Shown here piece by piece: positions 56,584 through 64,000 of a stretch of 64,000 nt of DNA (its first letter is position 1; every line of letters begins with the position of its first letter). Source of the DNA: Clostridia bacterium. Lineage in GTDB: Bacteria > Bacillota > Clostridia > Oscillospirales > UBA644. The translations under genes were made by a program, and so were the position numbers. The stretch is from positions 10,633 to 74,632 of the forward strand of contig JAGASR010000004.1 of NCBI GenBank assembly GCA_017621705.1. The letters are read 5' to 3'. The notes beneath the pieces were generated by a model. It made no database searches. It was not told the origin of the DNA and saw only the letters and a list, made by a program, of their open reading frames with translations.

Positions 56584-57660
56584 ATGGAATACAGTGATAC
56601 ATATAAAGCATATATGGGCATGGCGCCCAAGAAAATTCCTCACTGGGAGCATTGGTCGAACCCCGATGCTGAAACTTATCTTACAGGTATAGATTATTAC
56701 GATCATCCCCGTCTTTGCCGTCAGAAACTTGCCGAACTCTATCCGCAGCTCGGTCTCGGAATTCCCGGCTCTGACGATCCCATTCCCCGTCCCACGGGTG
56801 ACGATGTTTCAAATCATACCGTTCGTTGGGGCGCAGGTCAGACTGCAACATGGGAACACGGCGCTCTGTTCAAGGATGCGGACGATGTTTTTGCATTCTC
56901 TCCTCTTGCTCACGGCGACTTTTCGGATATGCCGTCTGTTGTTGAATCCGCAGACTTCTCTTCTTACGAAGTGATCGAAAAACGATACAGGGGCTGGTAC
57001 GGCGAAAACTTCGGCAAACCCGCGCCCGAAGGCTCGACCGCATCCGTTGGTTTTTATAATACGACTTTCATGTGGCCGCTTCTTACTTTCGGATGGGAGC
57101 TTTTCCTCGAAACCTGCCTTGATGAACGTTTTGAACGCATTATGGACGAATTTGCGGAGATCAACCGCCGCGTATTCAAGGTCTTTGCTCAACTTCCCGT
57201 TAATTTCGTTGTCTGCCACGACGATATAGTAAACTCCAGAGGCCCGATCTGTTCTCCCGAATGGATGAAAAAATACGTTTTCCCCCGTTATGAGGAATAC
57301 TGGTCGATGGTGAAAGCGGCAGGCAAGCGCGTTATATTTATGGTTGACGGCTGTGTTGACCAGTATGCCGACGATATTTTTGCATGCGGCGCTTCGGGTA
57401 TTATCTCTGAACCGTACACAAACTACAAAGCGATCGCAAAGAAACATAAAGACTGCTTCCTTGCAGGAGAGGGCGATAACCGTATTTTACAGACCTGCGA
57501 TAAAGCTCTTATTCATAAAATGGTCGACAGCATGGTTGAGACCGCAAGCATGACCGGCGGTTACATGATGTGCATCGGCAACCATATTCCCTGGAACGTT
57601 CCCGGCGAAGGTATCAAATATTACCTCGATTATGCGGCTGAAAAAGCGGTAAGAAGCTGA
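56584..57660 (+). CDS. URO-D-fold family protein (function unknown)
   Basis: The C-terminal half resembles the decarboxylase/methyltransferase TIM-barrel family seen at 84-1292. Weak, by eye. Confidence 0.5.
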   Translation: MEYSDTYKAYMGMAPKKIPHWEHWSNPDAETYLTGIDYYDHPRLCRQKLAELYPQLGLGIPGSDDPIPRPTGDDVSNHTVRWGAGQTATWEHGALFKDADDVFAFSPLAHGDFSDMPSVVESADFSSYEVIEKRYRGWYGENFGKPAPEGSTASVGFYNTTFMWPLLTFGWELFLETCLDERFERIMDEFAEINRRVFKVFAQLPVNFVVCHDDIVNSRGPICSPEWMKKYVFPRYEEYWSMVKAAGKRVIFMVDGCVDQYADDIFACGASGIISEPYTNYKAIAKKHKDCFLAGEGDNRILQTCDKALIHKMVDSMVETASMTGGYMMCIGNHIPWNVPGEGIKYYLDYAAEKAVRS

Positions 57661-57675
57661 TCCGAAAGGTTAAAG

Positions 57676-58137
57676 ATGACTTTTGAATTTCTGACGTCCG
57701 AAAACGTAGATAAATATATTGAATATCTGAATATTGCAATGGCGCAGGAACCCGATATGATGTGCTCGGATCGCATTGATGAAGTTGCTCTTAAAAAGCG
57801 CCTTGAAGATTCTTTATACAAAAATACCCCGTCGATCCTTGCTCTCGACGGGGATAAAGTTGTCGGCAGGATAGAGTATCATTTTTACGGATGCCTTCAG
57901 GACGGCTACAGGATGGCATACGTTGATTGGATATACGTTTTGTCGGAATTTCGGCATAAAGGTATTGCACGTCAACTTTTTGGCGAGTTTGAAAAAGAGT
58001 GTATTAAAAATAAGATCGATCAATATTATCTTATACGTTCTACGGAATCCAACGCCGATAGGTTTTACCGCAGTTTTGAAAACGCGGAACTCGGCGATGA
58101 GCCGATACTGAGAAAGATGATCGTTAAAGAGGGATAA
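57676..58137 (+). CDS. GNAT family N-acetyltransferase
   Basis: FRHKGIARQLF motif. Confidence 0.8.
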   Translation: MTFEFLTSENVDKYIEYLNIAMAQEPDMMCSDRIDEVALKKRLEDSLYKNTPSILALDGDKVVGRIEYHFYGCLQDGYRMAYVDWIYVLSEFRHKGIARQLFGEFEKECIKNKIDQYYLIRSTESNADRFYRSFENAELGDEPILRKMIVKEG

Positions 58138-58140
58138 ACT

Positions 58141-59175
58141 ATGGAAATTTCGGATAAAACAGTATCTGAAATATTGCGGTTATACGGTATAGACGGTGAT
58201 ATTTGCGAACGCAAAATCTATATCGATCGTGCTTATGAGGATTTTGTCAAACAGATCTTTTCAGTAAAACTCAAAGACGGAAAGCACATTGTCGTTAAAA
58301 TATTAAGAGAAGAAGACGATTATTCCGTAAACAGACGTAAATTTGAAAAACAGAGCGAATTTTCGGAATTTATGCGTAAAAACGGAATAAAAACACCTAA
58401 ACGTTATCTTTGCGGCGACGGGTATTGCTCCGAATACGAATGCGGCGGCGTTATGTGTCACGTCACCGTTGAGGATTGGTGCGGCGAAGAGGTCGGGTTG
58501 ATCGACAGCGATCTTTCGTATAAGATCGGGCAGCTTATGGCTTGTATGCACACTGTTTCTCTTGAAAATAATTGTGAGATCGGGTTCGGCACACTGTTTT
58601 CTGCGGCTTATGAAAACGATGTCGATGCTTTTCCCGAATTCTGCAAAATATGCGAAAATGATAATATCGACAGCGGAATCGTTGAGCAAATAAAGAAAAT
58701 TCGTGAAGAAAAACTTGCTTTTCTTCGATCTGTATGGACCGAACTTCCGAAAGCCGCAGTTCAGGGGGATATTTCGATAAACAATCTTGTTTTTGACGGA
58801 AAAGATATAACGGTTTTCGATTATAACAATGCAGGGGACGAAGTGCTCATCTCCGATCTTGTCATGGAGGGGCTTTTGACTGCGTATGAAATGGATATCC
58901 CCGAAGATGCCGATCCTGCGTGTCGGGAGGAATTTTTTCCAGCATTTCTGAACGGATATCTTTCTGTTCGAAAATTGAGCGAAAAAGAAGCGGAGACTGC
59001 ATGGGTCGCTTATACTCTTTATCACGGTCTTTGGTTTACACGAATAATGTATAACAAAGATAGTCTTGAAAAACTTGTCGAGCGCGGCGACTTTTCTTCC
59101 GCAAACACTCTGCTTCGTAAAATGCTTGATGATATGACGGAAGAAAATGACGGACGTTTCCGTTCGACTGTATAA
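58141..59175 (+). CDS. Phosphotransferase (APH/CotS-like kinase) family protein
   Basis: QGDISINNLVF catalytic-loop variant and VFDYNNAGD. Confidence 0.7.
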   Translation: MEISDKTVSEILRLYGIDGDICERKIYIDRAYEDFVKQIFSVKLKDGKHIVVKILREEDDYSVNRRKFEKQSEFSEFMRKNGIKTPKRYLCGDGYCSEYECGGVMCHVTVEDWCGEEVGLIDSDLSYKIGQLMACMHTVSLENNCEIGFGTLFSAAYENDVDAFPEFCKICENDNIDSGIVEQIKKIREEKLAFLRSVWTELPKAAVQGDISINNLVFDGKDITVFDYNNAGDEVLISDLVMEGLLTAYEMDIPEDADPACREEFFPAFLNGYLSVRKLSEKEAETAWVAYTLYHGLWFTRIMYNKDSLEKLVERGDFSSANTLLRKMLDDMTEENDGRFRSTV

Positions 59176-59184
59176 ATAAGTAAA

Positions 59185-59219
59185 ATATCGACAGGAGTTT
59201 TCCCTGTCGATATTTTTTT
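59185..59219. terminator. Bidirectional terminator between convergent genes
   Basis: atatcgacagg / cctgtcgatat stem flanked by A/T runs. Confidence 0.75.
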
Positions 59220-60453
59220 ATCTTAACATCTGCTCGATTCTTATCAGTCTGTTGTATTTACACGTTCTCTCTCCTCGTGCGGGTGCGCCGATCTTGATCT
59301 GACCCGAATTTAAACCGACGGCGATATCTGCAACGGCGGTGTCTTCCGTGTCGCCGCTTCTGTGAGAAAGTATCGTTTTGAGCCCTCCCGATTTTGCCGT
59401 TATGACCGCATCGATAGTCTCTGAAAGAGTGCCGATCTGGTTTGGCTTGATCAGAACAGCGGTCGAACAGCCGCATTCGATGCCTTTTCTTATTCGGTCG
59501 GGGTTTGTGACGAAAAGATCGTCGCCCACGATCTGTACGCTCTTCATGCGCTTTGTTATCTCCGAAAAACCGATATAATCGTCTTCTCCGAACGGGTCTT
59601 CGATCGAAATGATCGGATATTCGGAAACGAGCTTCATATAATATTCGAGAAGTTGTATTCTCGTCATTTTAACGTCAGCTTTCGGCAGTTTGTATTCCGA
59701 ACCGTTGTACCACTCGCCTGCGGCGACGTCGAGAGCGATGCAGATATCGTTTTTCGGCTGATAGCCTGCGTTTTTTATTGCTTCGCATATGAGTTCAAGC
59801 GCTTCTTCTGCGCTGTCTGCCTGCGGCGCATAGCCGCCCTCGTCTCCGATCGCAGTATCGTATCCGTTTTGTTTTAAAATTTTTCCGAGCGAGGCGTAAA
59901 CTTCGGCACCCATCTGTACCGAGTCGAAAACCGTCTGCGCGGAAACGGGAATTATCATAAATTCCTGAATATCGAGTTTATTCGGTGCATGTTTGCCGCC
60001 GTTTAAAATATTCATCATCGGCATCGGAATTACGTTTGCCGAGGTTCCTCCGATATATCGAAAAAGCGGTAATCTGTATGAAAAAGCCGCCGCTTTTGCG
60101 CATGCGAGCGAGACCGATAAAATTGCGTTCGCTCCGAGATTTGCTTTTGTGTCCGTGCCGTCAAGATCGCACATCAAGCCGTCGATAAGTCGTTGTTTAT
60201 CGGCGCTTATTCCTTTTAATGCTCTTTTTATCGTGCCCTCGACATTTTTTACTGCATTCAAAACACCCTTGCCGCCGAAAGCTCTGCCGCCGTCTCGAAG
60301 CTCGTGCGCTTCGAATGTGCCCGTTGACGCTCCCGACGGGACGGATGCTATTCCTGCCGTCCCGTTTTTGAGTATAACGGTCGTTTCGACGGTCGGGTTG
60401 CCGCGTGAGTCGAGTATCTGTCTTGACTGTATGTCATGTATTCTCAGATCCAT
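59218..60453 (-). CDS. eno: Enolase (phosphopyruvate hydratase)
   Basis: SRQILDSRGNPTVE N-terminus and IKPNQIGTLSET. Confidence 0.93.
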   Translation of the reverse strand: MDLRIHDIQSRQILDSRGNPTVETTVILKNGTAGIASVPSGASTGTFEAHELRDGGRAFGGKGVLNAVKNVEGTIKRALKGISADKQRLIDGLMCDLDGTDTKANLGANAILSVSLACAKAAAFSYRLPLFRYIGGTSANVIPMPMMNILNGGKHAPNKLDIQEFMIIPVSAQTVFDSVQMGAEVYASLGKILKQNGYDTAIGDEGGYAPQADSAEEALELICEAIKNAGYQPKNDICIALDVAAGEWYNGSEYKLPKADVKMTRIQLLEYYMKLVSEYPIISIEDPFGEDDYIGFSEITKRMKSVQIVGDDLFVTNPDRIRKGIECGCSTAVLIKPNQIGTLSETIDAVITAKSGGLKTILSHRSGDTEDTAVADIAVGLNSGQIKIGAPARGERTCKYNRLIRIEQMLR

Positions 60454-60556
60454 CGTTTTTCTCCTTAAAAATTTTTTCGTTAATATTTTATCCCGAATAA
60501 ATCGTAAAACAGCGGAAATAATAGGTTAAAATATTGATGTTAGGAGAAATTTTCCA

Positions 60557-62767
60557 TTGAAAGCCGTTATTATGGCGGGCGGAATGGGCACACGTCTCCG
60601 TCCGTTGACCTACGATAAACCGAAGCCGCTCGTTGAGCTTGTCGGCAAAAGCTGTATACTTTATATTCTCGATCTTCTGAAGGCAAACGGGATAACGGAT
60701 GTCTGCGTGACACTCATGTACCTCGGAGAAAGGATCAGGGAAGAACTTTCGACGGTCTGCGATATGAATATCTTCTATATGACCGAAAATGAGCCGCTCG
60801 GGACTGCAGGCTCGGTCGCAAACTGCCGTTCTTTTCTTGACGGTGAAGACGATTTTCTTGTAATCAGCGGAGACTGTATTTGCGATTTCAGCCTCAAAAG
60901 AGCGATATCTTATCATAAAGAAAAAGGCGGCAAGGCGACGATCGTTCTTACCCGTGTCGACGATCCGCTGGAATACGGTATTGCCGTGACTTCGCCTGAC
61001 GGCTCGATTTCGGGATTCGTCGAAAAACCGTCATGGTCAAAAGTTTATTCCGATACCGTAAATACGGGAATCTATATTCTTTCAAAAGATATTTTCGATT
61101 ATTTCCCCGATAAGGTATGCGATTTTTCAAAAGACGTTTTTCCTGCGATGATGGCATCGGGCGAAAAGATCTTTGCGTATAATGCGCAGGGATATTGGTG
61201 CGATATCGGAAATATCGGTGCCTACACACACTGCACAAGAGATATTCTTTCGGGAAAAGTCCGTGTCCACGGAGTTCTTGATGCGATGAAAAGAAAAAAC
61301 GTTTTTATTCCCGAAAACTGCACCGTCAGAGAACCTTCATATATCGGCGATAATGTTTTTCTCGAAAATGCCCTGATCGGCCCGTATTCCGTTATCGGCG
61401 ACGGGTGCCGCATTTCTAACGCTTCGGTTGAAGGGTCGGTTCTTCTTGACGGAGTATCTCTCGACAAAAACTCGTCAGTCCGCGGAAGCGTTGTATGTGA
61501 AGACGTTTCCGTAGGGCAGGGGGTATCTGTCGGAGAAATGAGCGTTATAGGGCAGGGGTGTAGGGTCGGCGCGCGCTCTGTAATCGGTGCAGGTTCGATC
61601 GTAAGTTCGGGAACAGTAATTGCGGAAAATACGTTTCTGCGCTCTGAGCGCACGGGCAGCGATCTTGTGTGTGATGATGAATGTTTTGTATGCGAAACAG
61701 GTAATGCCGATCTTACGTGCTTTTTTTCTGCGGGCATTGCGGCGGCTGCCGTGATGCATAAAAGCGTTGCGGTCGCTTTTTCTTCCGAGGATAATTCTCT
61801 TTTGCCGAACGCTCTTGCGGTCGCCGCCGGTGCTGTTTTCGGCGGTGCCGATGTCTACGACTGCGGTGATTGCGATCTTAATATTTTCAGATTTACGGTT
61901 CGTCGCTTCGGCTTCGGAGGAGGTGTATATATCCGTTCGGATAACGGCAGGGTATCGGTTCTTTTTCTTGAATCGGACGGTCTTTATGTCCGTCGGGAAT
62001 ATGAGCGCAAGATCTCGCAGTTTCTTTCATTGCCTATAAAAAACGATGATAAAAACCGCGTTGCAGGCGCTTTCCGTAAGATCAGCGGACATGATAATCT
62101 GTATATAAAGAAAATTACGGATCTTCTTCGGAGGATAGCGACCGATTGCGCTGTTTCCGGGATCAGATATTTTGCGGATGCCGTACCGCGTCCGTCCGAA
62201 CCGAAAGAATATCTTCATATACTTTCCGACGGGCTTGTTTTTCAGAACTCAATGCATGAAGCTTATTCTGACGATACGGTAAGATGTGTCGCGGCATTCT
62301 GTATCGGTAAGATTTCCGGCAGTGTTTGCGTTCCGTTCGATTATCCGCTGTCGGTCGATGAGTGCGCAAAAAAATACGGATTTACGGTCAGACGGACAAC
62401 GCTCGACGATCCTGAACGTTCTAATCTTTATACTCTTTGTGATCCGTGCCTTACGGCTGCGGCAATATTGCGGTTTATGTCGGATAACGGATGCTGTTTT
62501 TCGGATATAGCCGCAATGCTTCCGAAATTCTCGTCAAGACACCGCGATGTTTCGGTCTCGGGAGGACGTGCGGCTGTGATGCATGAACTTTCAACCGAAA
62601 AAGACTGTGAGTTTTCGGACGGCATACGTATTCGCAGGGGACGTGGCTCCGTGCTTATCGTACCGCATAAAAATGCTGAAAGTTTACGTGTTTTTGCTGA
62701 GGCTGCGGATGCGGAGACTGCGGCGGAGATTTGTGATTTTTACGTGAAGAAGCTTAAAAGCCGTTGA
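60557..62767 (+). CDS. Sugar-phosphate nucleotidyltransferase fused to left-handed beta-helix and phosphohexomutase-like regions
   Basis: MAGGMGTRLRPLT motif, hexapeptide-like repeats in the middle, and a long C-terminal extension. TTG start. Confidence 0.75.
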   Translation: MKAVIMAGGMGTRLRPLTYDKPKPLVELVGKSCILYILDLLKANGITDVCVTLMYLGERIREELSTVCDMNIFYMTENEPLGTAGSVANCRSFLDGEDDFLVISGDCICDFSLKRAISYHKEKGGKATIVLTRVDDPLEYGIAVTSPDGSISGFVEKPSWSKVYSDTVNTGIYILSKDIFDYFPDKVCDFSKDVFPAMMASGEKIFAYNAQGYWCDIGNIGAYTHCTRDILSGKVRVHGVLDAMKRKNVFIPENCTVREPSYIGDNVFLENALIGPYSVIGDGCRISNASVEGSVLLDGVSLDKNSSVRGSVVCEDVSVGQGVSVGEMSVIGQGCRVGARSVIGAGSIVSSGTVIAENTFLRSERTGSDLVCDDECFVCETGNADLTCFFSAGIAAAAVMHKSVAVAFSSEDNSLLPNALAVAAGAVFGGADVYDCGDCDLNIFRFTVRRFGFGGGVYIRSDNGRVSVLFLESDGLYVRREYERKISQFLSLPIKNDDKNRVAGAFRKISGHDNLYIKKITDLLRRIATDCAVSGIRYFADAVPRPSEPKEYLHILSDGLVFQNSMHEAYSDDTVRCVAAFCIGKISGSVCVPFDYPLSVDECAKKYGFTVRRTTLDDPERSNLYTLCDPCLTAAAILRFMSDNGCCFSDIAAMLPKFSSRHRDVSVSGGRAAVMHELSTEKDCEFSDGIRIRRGRGSVLIVPHKNAESLRVFAEAADAETAAEICDFYVKKLKSR

Positions 62768-62791
62768 CAAAAATTATATTTATGTTATAAT
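62764..62791 (+). promoter_or_regulatory. Strong sigma-A promoter (extended -10) for rnj
   Basis: TTGACA overlaps the upstream TGA stop. A 16-nt spacer is followed by TGTTATAAT (62783-91). Confidence 0.7.
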
Positions 62792-63034
62792 TATAAGTAA
62801 TCAAAAACGTAACGTTCGGTGACTTTACGGAAAAGCCTGCGGCCATCGGACGGAGTGTTATCTGTTTTCTTTTTATTATAAATTGAAAAATTTGGTTTTC
62901 CGCAAAAGAATTCTTCCGGTGGCAAAGAAGGACGGTTTGTCTCCGGAAGAATGATTGCGGTATATTTTCGTTGTGATTATTTCACAGACACCTACATAAT
63001 TTTATTTTTTCAAAGCCAAAAAGGAGGTACTTAT

Positions 63035-64000
63035 TTGAAAAAAATAGATAAAGTCAGAGTTATTCCGCTCGGCGGTCTCAATGAGATCGGCAAAAACCTT
63101 ACCCTTATCGAATGCGGAAAAGATATTATTGCCGTTGACTGCGGCCTTGCGTTCCCCGATGAAGAAATGCCGGGTGTTGACTATGTTATCCCCGATATGC
63201 AATATATAGTTAAAAATAAAGACCGTTTCCGCGCTATATTCATCACTCACGGCCATGAAGACCATATCGGCGCCATTCCGTATCTTCTTCGCGATATCAA
63301 TGTTCCTATTTACGGAACGAGACTCACTCTCGGTATAATCCAGAATAAATTAAGAGAATTCAGACTCGATAAAGAAGCGGATCTCGTCGAGGTCAGAGCA
63401 GGTCAGACCGTTGATCTCGATACACTCAGCGTTGAGTTTATCCATGTCAACCATTCCATTGCGGATGCTTCCGCCCTCGCTATTCATACCCCCTGCGGAA
63501 CCATTCTTCATATGGGTGACTTTAAGATCGACGTTACTCCCGTTGACGGCGAAATGATCGACCTTACCCGTATCGGCGAACTCGGCAAAGAAGGCGTTAT
63601 GCTTCTTATGATGGAATCGACGAACGTTGAACGTCCCGGTTTTGCTATGAGTGAGCTTAAAGTCCGTGATTCTCTTCGCAATATCTTTTCGAGAGCCTCT
63701 AGCCAGAGAATCATTATCGCGACTTTCGCATCAAACGTCCACCGTGTTCAGACCATAATCGATCTTGCCGCAGATTTCAACAGAAAAGTTGCCGTAAGCG
63801 GCCGAAGCATGGTTACCGTTATCGAAGTTGCCCGTCAACTCGGCTATATGTCGATACCGGACCATGTTCTTATTGATATTGAAGATGTAAATAACTATCC
63901 GCCCGAAAAAGTTGTTATCATCACAACGGGCAGTCAGGGCGAACCCATGTCCGCTCTTTACAGAATGGCATATTCCGACCATAAAGTCGTTGAAATCAAT
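63035..64000 (+). CDS. rnj: Ribonuclease J (5' part; runs off the window)
   Basis: TTG start after AAAGGAGG. Motifs VIPLGGLNEIGKN and HGHEDHIGA (metallo-beta-lactamase). Open to position 64000. Absent from the track because it has no stop in the window. Confidence 0.9.
   Translation, partial: MKKIDKVRVIPLGGLNEIGKNLTLIECGKDIIAVDCGLAFPDEEMPGVDYVIPDMQYIVKNKDRFRAIFITHGHEDHIGAIPYLLRDINVPIYGTRLTLGIIQNKLREFRLDKEADLVEVRAGQTVDLDTLSVEFIHVNHSIADASALAIHTPCGTILHMGDFKIDVTPVDGEMIDLTRIGELGKEGVMLLMMESTNVERPGFAMSELKVRDSLRNIFSRASSQRIIIATFASNVHRVQTIIDLAADFNRKVAVSGRSMVTVIEVARQLGYMSIPDHVLIDIEDVNNYPPEKVVIITTGSQGEPMSALYRMAYSDHKVVEIN

Overview
The window looks like a Clostridia-type (spore-forming Firmicutes) chromosome segment. 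That taxonomic call rests only on gene content: a cotJABC operon, RNase J, and lipoprotein solute-binding proteins. All protein-family names below come from motifs I read in the translations, not from any database search.

Layout:
- 1-25087: host housekeeping and accessory genes. These include URO-D-fold proteins, tRNA-Arg(CCU), proC, a sugar-ABC ATPase, a sigma factor, glycerate kinase, two orphan solute-binding lipoproteins, rlmD and cotJA/cotJB.
- 15289-17830: a complete group II intron (2.54 kb) carrying an RT/maturase/HNH ORF. It sits exactly in the DMQND|F motif of an isochorismatase-family gene.
- 25088-52449: a roughly 27.4-kb integrative conjugative element (ICE), visibly more AT-rich than its flanks.
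  - It encodes a type IV secretion and coupling-protein module, a relaxase with MobC, an ArdC-like protein and a sigma/HTH pair.
  - A terminal large serine recombinase sits at its right end.
  - The element is inserted at a GA dinucleotide inside the spore-coat gene cotJC. Joining the flanks rebuilds a 199-codon cotJC.
- 52450-64000: host genes again. These are the cotJC 3' part followed by degenerate extra copies of its last ~20 codons, a kinase/GNAT cluster, enolase, a nucleotidyltransferase fusion, and the rnj 5' end.

Best candidates for something new:
1. The ICE cargo operon (40299-49339). It encodes a 2141-aa secreted protein with LRR and GLUG-like repeats, a Cys/His-rich region and a C-terminal HExxH-x19-E motif, plus a lipoprotein and two membrane proteins. 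It lies next to a small serine recombinase and a cluster of dyad-symmetric sites.
2. The cotJC-splitting ICE itself, as a possible sporulation-gene intervening element.
3. The tandem cotJC 3'-end scars, which differ from the live copy only at synonymous positions.
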